Assembly: GCA_963845565.1 (NCBI GenBank)
Contig: CAWJSJ010000002.1
Span: 1,536,001-1,600,000 of the forward strand
Reading direction: 5' to 3'
Origin: an uncultured Methylomirabilota bacterium
GTDB lineage: Bacteria; Methylomirabilota; Methylomirabilia; Methylomirabilales; 2-02-FULL-66-22
Length of the DNA: 64,000 nucleotides
The notes under the pieces were generated by a model that saw nothing but the letters and a program-made list of their open reading frames with translations, searched no databases and was not told the origin of the DNA. The translations under genes were made by a program, and so were the position numbers. The first letter of the stretch is position 1. Each line of letters begins with the position of its first letter. Positions 1 to 8,907 of the stretch are shown here, piece by piece.

Positions 1-897
1 GGCGTCCACCACCTCCACCGTGTTCGTTCCCGGCTGGCGCTGGATGGCCAGGACGATGGCCCGCGTGTCGGTGCGCCAGCCGGCGACCTTGTCGTTCTCC
101 ACGCTGTCGATGACGCGGCCGAGCTCCTCCAGGCGCACGGGAGAGCCGTTGCGGTAGGTGACGATCAGGGGGCGGTAGGCCGCGGCGTCAAAGAGTTGCC
201 CGCTGGCTTCCAGGGAGACCGTCTGGTGGGGCCCATCGAGATTCCCGGTGGGCAAGTTGACGTTCCCCTGTGCGATGGCGCTCTCGACTTCGTCGATCCC
301 GATCCCGCGCGAGGCGAGGGCCGACGGATCCACCTGGACCCGCACCGCGTACTTCTGGGTTCCGAAAACCTGCACCTGCGAGACGCCGCTCACCATCGAG
401 ATGCGTTGCCCCAGGAGGGTCTGGGCGTACTCATCCACGGCAGAGAGCGGCAGGGTCGGTGAGCTCAGGGCTAGGAAGAGAACCGGGGAGTCCGCGGGGT
501 TGACCTTCCGCATGGTGGGTGGGCTGGGCATGTTCGCCGGCAATTGGCGGAGGGCTGCGGCAATAGCCGACTGGACGTCCTGGGCGGCGGCGTCGATGTT
601 CCGCTCCAACGCGAACTGCAGCGTGATCCGCACGGCCCCCTGCACGCTGCTGGAGGTCATGTTGTCGATGCCCGCGATGGTGGAGAACTGTTTCTCCAGG
701 GGGGTGGCTACGGACGAGGCCATTGTCTCCGGGCTGCCTCCGGGGAGCCTGGCGGTCACCTGGATCGTCGGGAAGTCCACGTTCGGCAAGTCGCTCACGG
801 GCAAGAGACGATAGCCCATGATGCCGAAAATCAGGATGCCCGCCATGACCAGAGTCGTCATGACCGGCCGGCGGATGAAGAGCTCGGGAATGTTCAT
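1..897 (-). CDS. RND efflux transporter permease subunit (MdtB/MdtC-like), 3' part outside window
   Basis: Translation from ATG at 897 gives MNIPELFIRRPVMTTLVMAGILIFG...LPVSDLPNVDFPTIQV..., a typical HAE1 RND N-terminus; ATGA overlap with the upstream MFP stop. Confidence 0.92.
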   Translation of the reverse strand, partial: MNIPELFIRRPVMTTLVMAGILIFGIMGYRLLPVSDLPNVDFPTIQVTARLPGGSPETMASSVATPLEKQFSTIAGIDNMTSSSVQGAVRITLQFALERNIDAAAQDVQSAIAAALRQLPANMPSPPTMRKVNPADSPVLFLALSSPTLPLSAVDEYAQTLLGQRISMVSGVSQVQVFGTQKYAVRVQVDPSALASRGIGIDEVESAIAQGNVNLPTGNLDGPHQTVSLEASGQLFDAAAYRPLIVTYRNGSPVRLEELGRVIDSVENDKVAGWRTDTRAIVLAIQRQPGTNTVEVVDA

Positions 898-2267
898 TGG
901 ACCTGCCCTGACGCAGCGGTGGCCGCATTCTTGACCTGCACACGGGTACCGGACACGAGCCGGAGTTGGCCATCGGTCACGACCTTATCCCCGGGTGCCA
1001 CGCCCTTCTCGATCACGGTCTCGGCGCCGATTTTTCGCCCCGCCGTGACGGGTCGCGACTCCACCGTGGAATCGGGCCGCACCACGTACACATACTGGCC
1101 CTGCTGGCCGGTTTGAATGGCCTGGGAGGGGATGACGACCGCATCCGGCTGGGTGGTGAGTGTCAGCACCACGTTGACGAATTGTCCCGGCCAGAGGGTG
1201 CCCTCCCGATTCGGGAACGTCGCCTTGAGCTGGATCATCCCGGTGCCGGGGTCCACCGTGTTATTGACGAAACTGAGCTCTCCCGTTGCGGGTGACTCAT
1301 CCTGGCCCCGGGGGGACGCCTGGACCCGGAGAGTGCCGGCCGCCAAGAACTTCTTGATGTCCCGCAGATACTGTTCGGGAACAGAGAAGCTAGCGTAGAT
1401 CGGCTGGATCTGGTTCAAGACCAGCATCTGCGCGGAATCGTCCCGAGCTTTGACGGCACTCCCCACCCGCACTAGGAGGTTCCCCGTGCGTGCGTCCATG
1501 GGGGCGCGGATGGTCGTGTAACTGAGCTGGACCCGCGCGTTTTCCACCATGGCCTGATCGGCCTTGATGACCGCCTTGATGTTCTCGACTGTCGCCTGTG
1601 CCGCCCGGATCGAGGCCCGGGTGTTTGTCACCGCGGCCTTGTCCGCCTCGATCGTTGCCTCCAGAGCGGCGGCATTGGTGCGCACCTGATCGTAGAGTTC
1701 CTTCGAGATGGCCCCCTCGTCCATCAGCCCCTTGTAGCGGCGGGCCTGCGACGCGGCGTTCTCCAGCTGTGCCGTGTCGCGCGCCAAGTTCGCCTCGGCC
1801 TGCTTCTCCGCTGCCATGGTCTGGGCGACCACGGCTTCGGTTTGCGCGAGCTGTGCCGTGTCACGCGCCAAGTTCGCCTCGGCCTGCCGGAGCGTCGCCT
1901 CAAGCGGGCGCTGGTCCAGCGTGAGGAGCAGGTCGCCCTTCTTGACCTCCTGCCCCTCGGAAAAATGGATGCGGGCAACCTCTCCGTCCAGTTGGCTCTT
2001 GAGCGTCACGCTGGCATACGCCTGCACCGTCCCGATGGCCCGGATCTGGACCGGGACCGACTTGCTGACCGCCGTGTCGATGGTCACCGGGACACCATCC
2101 CGCCCCGCGGCGCCCTTGGCCTGAGCCTGTCCGGACTTCTCGTTGGAGCAGGCCCAGAGACTGGCGGCAGCCACGAGCAGTAAGGCCCCGGACATGACCC
2201 GGTGCCTTCGTATGGGAGCGGGCCGGCGATCGGCGACACTTTCGCGGCAGCAGTTCCACATTTCCAT
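894..2267 (-). CDS. RND efflux periplasmic adaptor (MFP, MdtA-like), probable lipoprotein
   Basis: LWAC lipobox-like motif, GQEVKKGDLL, coiled-coil hairpin, TIRAPMDARTG, LWPGQFVNV; AGGGAG RBS 7 nt upstream. Confidence 0.92.
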   Translation of the reverse strand: MEMWNCCRESVADRRPAPIRRHRVMSGALLLVAAASLWACSNEKSGQAQAKGAAGRDGVPVTIDTAVSKSVPVQIRAIGTVQAYASVTLKSQLDGEVARIHFSEGQEVKKGDLLLTLDQRPLEATLRQAEANLARDTAQLAQTEAVVAQTMAAEKQAEANLARDTAQLENAASQARRYKGLMDEGAISKELYDQVRTNAAALEATIEADKAAVTNTRASIRAAQATVENIKAVIKADQAMVENARVQLSYTTIRAPMDARTGNLLVRVGSAVKARDDSAQMLVLNQIQPIYASFSVPEQYLRDIKKFLAAGTLRVQASPRGQDESPATGELSFVNNTVDPGTGMIQLKATFPNREGTLWPGQFVNVVLTLTTQPDAVVIPSQAIQTGQQGQYVYVVRPDSTVESRPVTAGRKIGAETVIEKGVAPGDKVVTDGQLRLVSGTRVQVKNAATAASGQVQ

Positions 2268-2326
2268 TCACGTTCTCCCTGGCGACGTACAACTCTTGCA
2301 GGTTCCCGTGGACGCGATCCGGCCCC

Positions 2327-2839
2327 TCACGGAGTCCCGTTGCCGTTTCCCGCCCCCCTGAACGTCTTATCCAGCAAACTCATTCCTTCCGTGATGCGGT
2401 GGAGCGTGGTTGGAGACTGTCCAGCCAGGAGGGTTGCCATCCACGCTTGAGCGGATCGGCGCGCCTTCCGGAAATGTCGAGCGCCCAGGGGTGTGAGGGC
2501 GAGGACAACCCGCCGGCGTTCCTGAGGATCCGCGACCCGAGTCAGCATGCCCCGTCGGACCAAGCGCTGCACCAGATTGGATGCGGTGGGGCGCGAGACG
2601 CCAAGGTGCTCCGCCAGATGGGACAGGCAGGCCCCCGGCCTGCGATGCAGAAATGCGAGCGTTCGAAGCTGAGGGATAGAGAAATGCGAGGCTCCCTTCC
2701 GACGCACCTCCTCGCGGATGGCGCGCATGACCGGAGGGACGGTCTCCATGATCGCTTGGGCGCACCGGTCGGCGAGGGTTGCCGGAGTTGTCGCGACCTT
2801 TGCCCTTGCGCTTCGACGTCCAGGATCAGGAGCGGCCAT
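2327..2839 (-). CDS. MarR family transcriptional regulator
   Basis: wHTH LAEHLGVSRPTASNLVQRL and DPQERRRVVLALTPLG wing; heads the efflux operon. Confidence 0.92.
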   Translation of the reverse strand: MAAPDPGRRSARAKVATTPATLADRCAQAIMETVPPVMRAIREEVRRKGASHFSIPQLRTLAFLHRRPGACLSHLAEHLGVSRPTASNLVQRLVRRGMLTRVADPQERRRVVLALTPLGARHFRKARRSAQAWMATLLAGQSPTTLHRITEGMSLLDKTFRGAGNGNGTP

Positions 2840-2859
2840 TTCGACCCCAAGGGTGGCTA

Positions 2860-2904
2860 ATAGTATGTATGGCTAACTATAATTGCCGCATACCACGAAG
2901 TCAA
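2860..2904 (-). promoter_or_regulatory. sigma70 promoter of marR-efflux operon with overlapping inverted-repeat operator
   Basis: Minus strand TTGACT-N17-TATAGT (2904-2899, 2881-2876); ATAGT-N11-ACTAT inverted repeat at 2860-2880 overlaps the -10. Confidence 0.7.
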
Positions 2905-3092
2905 CGACCGCGTCCGACTTGTGCATGGCGTGATTCCTGAAGCGCCGTTGGGCTTCGGGCTTGACACGAGCCGCGTCAGTGGGTCAGGCTAGGCCATTCG
3001 GAAACGCGATGCCTGTCGCCTCTTGTCGGAGCGGATCGCCGCCTACGGTGGAGGGCCAGGTTCACCGGCAGATCGAAACCGAAGAACACTAA

Positions 3093-3194
3093 GCCGTTGT
3101 CAAAGAATGAGTTGAGCGGAGACATTCCGAAACGGCATAAGGAGCCGTAACGAAATAGAAAGAGATGTAGAGGTTATTTCGTAACGGCTCCTAA
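3093..3194 (+). repeat. Family A AT-rich double-hairpin element, copy 1
   Basis: Near-identical to 34640-34741 and 43913-44014; internal IR GGAGCCGTAACGAAATA/TATTTCGTAACGGCTCC; TAA at both ends. Confidence 0.93.
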
Positions 3195-3200
3195 GGAGAG

Positions 3201-4289
3201 ATGTCCATGTCCATTGCACCATTCGGAAACGACCCGGCCAAGATCGAGCGCTACCAGGCGTTCTGGGGCCTCGCGGACGCGACCCGGCCGCTGGTGGGCT
3301 TCACGACGCGGGGCTGGTTTCCGCTGGAGGAGTATGCCGCCACCCGCGCCTGGCCCGTCAACAGCTACCTGACCCCCGAGATGGTCGTGCCGGAGGCGTT
3401 TCTGGAGGACGAGGAGCGGCTGCTCAAGGAGGGAGAGGTCCTCGACGACGACATCATCCGTGGGGACATGCCTGCCGCCGCAGCCATCCCCTGGCTCTCG
3501 GGGATGCTGGGCAGCCGGCTGCGGATCCTGCCGGGGAACGTCCTGGGCGAGGACCGATCGGCGAGCTGGGACGAGATGGAAGCGCTCCGGCTCGACCGGG
3601 CGCACCCGTGGTTCCGGAAGTACCTCGAGTTCGCCGAGGCGCTGGTGCGCCATTCCCGCGGCAGATACCCGGTGAGCCACGGCGCCCTGGTCGGGCCCTG
3701 CGACATCCTGGGGGAACTCCGCGGCCACACCCAGAGCATCCTGGATATCATGGAGGAGCCCGAGCGGACCATGCAGGCGCTCTGGCGTGCCACCCACGTA
3801 TTCGACGAGGTGACGACCGAGATCTGGAAGTGGCTTCCCCGGTGGCACGGGGGGTATTTCGACGGCATGTATCAGCTCTGGGCGCCCGGACCGATCATCC
3901 GGATGCAGGAAGACGCGTCGGGCCTCTATTCGCCCGCGCTCTACCGGAAGTTCCTGCAGCCCCTCGATCGCTATCTGGCAAGCCGCTACGCCAACAGCTT
4001 CATCCACCTGCACTCGACCTCCATGTTCATCCTGGACGCCTTCCTGGAGATCGAGGAACTCCGGTGCTTCGAGATCAACAACGATGCCATCGGGCCGCCC
4101 CTCACCGAGATGCTGCCCTACTTCCAGATGGTCCAGAAGGCGAAGCGCTCGTTGCTGATTCGCGGCACACTCACGCCGGACGATGCCAGACTGCTGCGTG
4201 ACCACCTGGACCCGCGAGGACTGTATCTCCTGGTCGTGGTGAAAGACCAGCCCGAGGCGGATAGCCTGAGACCCCTACTTGGGGTGTAG
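3201..4289 (+). CDS. Uroporphyrinogen decarboxylase-fold (URO-D/methyltransferase-like) protein, function unknown
   Basis: GPCDILGELRG, IMEEPE, QEDASGLYSPALYRKFLQP, FIHLHS patterns; TAAGGAG RBS. Confidence 0.65.
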   Translation: MSMSIAPFGNDPAKIERYQAFWGLADATRPLVGFTTRGWFPLEEYAATRAWPVNSYLTPEMVVPEAFLEDEERLLKEGEVLDDDIIRGDMPAAAAIPWLSGMLGSRLRILPGNVLGEDRSASWDEMEALRLDRAHPWFRKYLEFAEALVRHSRGRYPVSHGALVGPCDILGELRGHTQSILDIMEEPERTMQALWRATHVFDEVTTEIWKWLPRWHGGYFDGMYQLWAPGPIIRMQEDASGLYSPALYRKFLQPLDRYLASRYANSFIHLHSTSMFILDAFLEIEELRCFEINNDAIGPPLTEMLPYFQMVQKAKRSLLIRGTLTPDDARLLRDHLDPRGLYLLVVVKDQPEADSLRPLLGV

Positions 4290-4492
4290 TCTCGCGAAGA
4301 CGACGCGCGGATGATCGTCCTTCGGAAACGTTGGCGACGACAGGTCGCGCTTGACAAGAGCCTGAGAAGTGAGCGATGTTGCCGACAGGAGGGGTGAGCC
4401 GGCCTCGCACCAACGGTGGGCGCTGCACCGGTCTTGGACCGGGATCCAGGTCGGCAAATCCCGGGTGCCGCTTTCCCGGGGAGGAGAAGTTC

Positions 4493-5237
4493 ATGATTCG
4501 ACCGGCAATGCGTACGACGCTCTACAAAGAGATCATCGGCCAGATTCTGGACATGATCAAGCAAGGGGAGTGGAAGCAGGGCGGTCGGATCCCCGGCGAG
4601 ATTGAGCTCGCTAAAAAGTTCGAAGTAAGCCGGAACTGCGTCCGCGAAGCCCTGAAAGCTCTCGGCCACGCGGCGGTGCTGGAATCGAAGCCCGGACTGG
4701 GCACCTTTCTCGCGAAGGATGCTTTGCGCAGCATCCAGCACCATGGAGATGGGGCAGTTTCTGCGCGACGACACGTCGCTCGCGGAGCTGCTGGAGGCGC
4801 GGCTGATCATCGAGCCGCAACTGGTGCAGATCGCGGCGGAGCGCGCCACCGAGGGGGATATCGCACAACTGGAGGCGGCGGTCAAACGGGCCGTGCGAGC
4901 CGTCAAGACGAACACGTACTCGGTACAGATCGGACTCGAATTCCATATGCTGGTGGCGCAGATCGCCGGGAATCGGGTCATCCTGCGCCTGTTCAATTCC
5001 ATTGCCGACGAGTTGCGGGTCCAGCGCGGGGTCCTGATCCTCAGTCACATGAACAAGGAAGACCTTCTGCGGGAGCTGCGAGAGCACGGCGAGATTCTGG
5101 CCTGCATCAAGCAGCGCGATGGCGTGCGCGCGGGAGAATTGCTGACGGCGCATCTCCGGACCGCCACGCGAATCCTCACGGAAGCGCGTGCCGGGAAGGC
5201 GCCCTCGCAGGAGGCACGCCCGGCCGAACACGCTTGA
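4493..5237 (+). pseudogene. GntR/FadR family regulator, split by a one-base frameshift near 4735
   Basis: HTH (IPGEIELAKKFEVSRNCVREAL...GTF) in one frame and FCD domain (ELLEARLIIEP, FHMLVAQIAGN, EHGEIL) in the next; may be an assembly error. Confidence 0.85.
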
Positions 5238-5240
5238 AAA

Positions 5241-5300
5241 TTGTTGTTGACTTATTTTACCGCATAATGTAGGACAGTAGTACCACACTACAGTAAGACA
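5241..5300 (+). promoter_or_regulatory. AT-rich promoter/operator region downstream of gntR
   Basis: TTGTTG/TTGACT and CATAAT hexamers; TGTAGGACA and GTAAGACA resemble FadR-type GT-N-AC boxes. Confidence 0.45.
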
Positions 5301-5960
5301 TATAAGAAGTGTCCGGGCGGAAGGACAACGGTCGTGCGGGAAGTCGAGGCGTCTGGCGTCGCAGAAGGATGTACGCCATGGGATCGGTTTCGGCCGGAAC
5401 CATCGTCCTGACTGTCGGCAGTGTGGCGACTCGGCCGCGGCCGACGAATCTCGCCACGGGCCCCCGGGCGAGACCGACCGTGGGGGCCACGCAACGGCCG
5501 TCCGCCTGGGAAACCGGGTGTGCCCGCCGTTCCGTGCGTCTTCCTTCCCTTGCTGCCGCAGTGGAGATCCATCGCCGATCCTTCAGCCGCCACGCAGTTC
5601 TCCAGGGCGGATGGCCGCCCGACGCGTTCCACCTCGTCTGCCCGCATCGGGGTGCGTACCGTCAACAGTCTCCCCTCGTCATCTCCGCCACAGATCACAT
5701 TTGCGACGCACGGCCCGCCCCACTCTTTTGTCCCGGTGCTGGCTATCAATCCCGCCCCGCCCGCCGTCAGGGCGTGCTTCAGGCTGGAACAGGTCGCCAC
5801 TGCAGGCGGAGCAGGCGAGTCGCCGCCATGCGACACGCGTGTGGAAGCAGCGGGGGGTTGACCTGGAGGCCACCCGGATCGCCGGGTGGAAGTCCCCCTC
5901 CGCCGACATCGGTTTGCCGCCGGCGCCCAATGACCGCTGTGGGATGAGAAGGAGAACAGG

Positions 5961-6434
5961 ATGGAACGACTATTTCGATGGGTCCTGACAGTTTTGATGA
6001 TCATCGTCGCCGGCATGGAGTTCATCCAGGTCGCGACGCGCTACGTCCTCCAGATGCCAATGATGGGTCTCGAAGAGATCCTGGTGTACTTTGCCCTGTG
6101 GCTCTATGTCCTCGGGAGCGTCAACGCCTCGCGGGAGGACACCCAGATCACAGCGAACGTGCTGGACGTGTTCCTGAAGACGGAACGCTCGAAACTGATG
6201 ATTCGGGTCACGGCCGACATCATGGGCCTCGTGGTGGCACTGTGGCTGACCTGGTGGGCCTGGGACTACTTCCTCTATTCGTGGAAGGTGTGGAAGTTCA
6301 GCCCGACGCGCTACATACCCACCTTCTATGCCGAATGCTCGCTGTTCATCGGCCTCGCGCTCATGACGATCTACGGGTCGGTCCATTTCGTGCGAAACGT
6401 CAAGCGGCTGCTCGCCTCTCCCGTCGAGGCGTAG
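5961..6434 (+). CDS. TRAP transporter small permease (DctQ)
   Basis: 4 TM segments, QVATRYV, EEI motif; adjacent to dctM and dctP. Confidence 0.9.
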   Translation: MERLFRWVLTVLMIIVAGMEFIQVATRYVLQMPMMGLEEILVYFALWLYVLGSVNASREDTQITANVLDVFLKTERSKLMIRVTADIMGLVVALWLTWWAWDYFLYSWKVWKFSPTRYIPTFYAECSLFIGLALMTIYGSVHFVRNVKRLLASPVEA

Positions 6435-6444
6435 GGGGTCTGCC

Positions 6445-7743
6445 ATGGAATTCGCGGCCTTCATTTCCCTGATCGTCCTGTGTGTGATGCTGACGTTCGG
6501 CACCCCGCTGCCGTATTGCTTCGGCGGCGGCTTGATGGTCATGGTGCTCCTGGGCGGGGCCGCCATGAAAGGCACGATGCTGTTCGGGTTCACGCAGCTA
6601 TCAAACCCGGTGCTGCTCTGCATCCCGCTGTTCGTCTTTGCGGGGTCACTCATGAGCGAGAGCGGCATCGCCGGCGCGCTGCTCCGCTTCGTCAACGTGT
6701 TCGTCGGGCGGATCCGGGGTGGGCTTGGCGTCGTGGCAACCGTGAGCTGCGCGATCATCGGTGCCATCTCCGGCAGCGGGCTCACCGGCATTGCGGCTAC
6801 CGGCCCGATCCTCATCCCCGAGATGGCGGCCAAGGGCTACCCCCGGGGTTACGCCGCGGCGCTGGTGGCCAATTCCTCCATCCTCGGCCTTCTCATTCCC
6901 CCCAGCGTGACCATGATCGTCTACGGCTGGGTGACCGACACCTCCATCCTGGCATGTTTCCTCTCCACCCTGGGCCCGGGCCTGCTCATCACCCTCACGT
7001 TCTCCGTCACGAATCTCGTCATGTGCCGAAAGTTCCCACTGGTTCTCGATCCTCCTCAATCGTTCAGAGAGACGGTGCGCGAAGGCATCTCCGCGACGTA
7101 CGTCGCCATACCGGCGTTGATCTTCCCGGTGATCATCCTCGGCGGAATCTATGGCGGTATCATGACGCCTACGGAAGCGGCCGCCGTGGCGGCGTTGTAC
7201 TCGCTCCCCATCGGCTTCTTAATCTACAAGGGGCTGACGGTGGAGAGCTTCGTGAAGGCCGCCAAGGAGTCGGCGACGGCGGTCGGCTCTATCATGATCA
7301 TGATCGTGTTCAGCTTGATGCTGAGCCAGCTCTACACCATGGAGGATATTCCGCAGGCGATCGTGGAGCTGATCTTTCAGGTCACCAGAAACAAGGTGCT
7401 GCTGCTCATCCTGGTCAATATCCTCCTGTTCTTCGTCGGGATGATCGTCAACGACGTGACCTCCATCATCTTGACTGCCCCACTGCTGCTGCCTCTGATG
7501 CAGGCCATCGGCGTGGGGCCCATTCACTTCGCGGCCATCATCGGGGTGAACACGGCGATGGGCGGCGTCACGCCCCCCTATGCCAGCATCCTCTACCTGG
7601 GCATGCGCGTCGGGAAGGTGCAATTCTCCGAGATCGTCACGCCGGCGATGATCCTGATCCTCGTCGCGTATGTCCCGGTGGTGTTCCTCACGGCGTTTTG
7701 GCCGGATCTGGCGCTCTTCTTCCCCAGGCTGTTCGGCTATTAA
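6445..7743 (+). CDS. TRAP transporter large permease (DctM)
   Basis: IPLFVFAG, GAISGSG, LIPPS, TPTEAAAVA, GVTPP. Confidence 0.95.
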   Translation: MEFAAFISLIVLCVMLTFGTPLPYCFGGGLMVMVLLGGAAMKGTMLFGFTQLSNPVLLCIPLFVFAGSLMSESGIAGALLRFVNVFVGRIRGGLGVVATVSCAIIGAISGSGLTGIAATGPILIPEMAAKGYPRGYAAALVANSSILGLLIPPSVTMIVYGWVTDTSILACFLSTLGPGLLITLTFSVTNLVMCRKFPLVLDPPQSFRETVREGISATYVAIPALIFPVIILGGIYGGIMTPTEAAAVAALYSLPIGFLIYKGLTVESFVKAAKESATAVGSIMIMIVFSLMLSQLYTMEDIPQAIVELIFQVTRNKVLLLILVNILLFFVGMIVNDVTSIILTAPLLLPLMQAIGVGPIHFAAIIGVNTAMGGVTPPYASILYLGMRVGKVQFSEIVTPAMILILVAYVPVVFLTAFWPDLALFFPRLFGY

Positions 7744-7766
7744 CCCTCACGTAAAGGAGTGTCGTC

Positions 7767-8765
7767 ATGAAGAAATGGGTGTGGGTTGCGGGAATCGCGC
7801 TCCTGGCGGCCGTGGTGGTCGTTTCCGGCAGCGCACAGGCGGGAACGTGGAAGCTGTCGCACGTCCGCCCGCAGGATACGGCGATCGACAAGGAGCTCAA
7901 CTGGTTTGCCAACGCGGCGAAAGAGGCTACCGCAGGGAAGATTCAGATGAAGACCTACCCGGCCAACGCGCTGGGCGACTACACCCTGGTGCAGGAGCGT
8001 GTCGGCATGGGCTCCATCGACATGGCCTGCCAGCCCCCGACCTCCAACGCCGACAAGCGCTTCCAGCTTGCGTATTTCCCCTACCTGGTGGCGAGCTGGG
8101 ACCAGGCCAAGAAGAATTACGCGAAGGGTACGCCCCTGCGCGGGACCGCCGAGGAGCTGTACGCAAAGCAAGGCATCCGGGTGCTGGCTGCGTGGCCGGT
8201 CTATTTCGGCGGCATCGCCTTGAACAAGGAGGCCAAGTCCCCCGGCGATCCCAACGTTGCCAAGGGGCTCAAGGTGCGCGTTCCCCCGATGAAGGCGTTC
8301 CAGCTCCTCGCGGACAGCACGGGGTACCTGGGCACGCCGCTGCCGTTCTCCGAGGCCTTCACCGCCGTCCAGACCGGCGTGGTCGACGGGGTCATCGGGT
8401 CCGGCGCCGAGGGCTACTACAGCTCCTTCCGCGATGTCACCAAGTACTACATCCCGATCAATACCCATTTCGAAGTGTGGTATCTGCTCATCAACGAGGA
8501 TCTTTACAAGAAGTTGGACGCGACCCAGAAGAAGGCGTTGGACGACGTCGCCCTCCGCTTCGAGCAGCGCCGCTGGGAGGCCGGCCCGGCCGACCAGACC
8601 GCCAACGAAAAGAAACTGGCGGACGCCGGGGCCAAGATCGTGGCCGTCTCCCCGCAGGAAATCGCCAACACCGCCAAGAAGGCCCGCGCCGCCGTCTGGC
8701 CCGTGATTCTGGAGGACGTCGGCAAGGAGTGGGGGGAGAAGGTTCTCAAGGCGATCGTGCAGTAA
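7767..8765 (+). CDS. TRAP substrate-binding protein (DctP)
   Basis: Signal peptide; KGLKVRVP; PLPFSEAFTAVQTGVVDG. Confidence 0.95.
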   Translation: MKKWVWVAGIALLAAVVVVSGSAQAGTWKLSHVRPQDTAIDKELNWFANAAKEATAGKIQMKTYPANALGDYTLVQERVGMGSIDMACQPPTSNADKRFQLAYFPYLVASWDQAKKNYAKGTPLRGTAEELYAKQGIRVLAAWPVYFGGIALNKEAKSPGDPNVAKGLKVRVPPMKAFQLLADSTGYLGTPLPFSEAFTAVQTGVVDGVIGSGAEGYYSSFRDVTKYYIPINTHFEVWYLLINEDLYKKLDATQKKALDDVALRFEQRRWEAGPADQTANEKKLADAGAKIVAVSPQEIANTAKKARAAVWPVILEDVGKEWGEKVLKAIVQ

Positions 8766-8907
8766 TCGCCGGGTATCTGCAATCGTTGGCATCATCGCAG
8801 AGTGATCGCTCGGCGGGAGGGGTGCAGTGGGCCGTACCGAGCGATGGCACTCTTCGCTATAGGACCGTCCTGCGCACAAGGCATCTGCGCGAGAAGGAGC
8901 GACGACC

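Noticed and set aside
5620..5720. Rieske-like CPHRGA peptide in ORF 5309-5947
   Set aside because: The second CxxH ligand motif is absent and the rest of the ORF is low-complexity; probably chance
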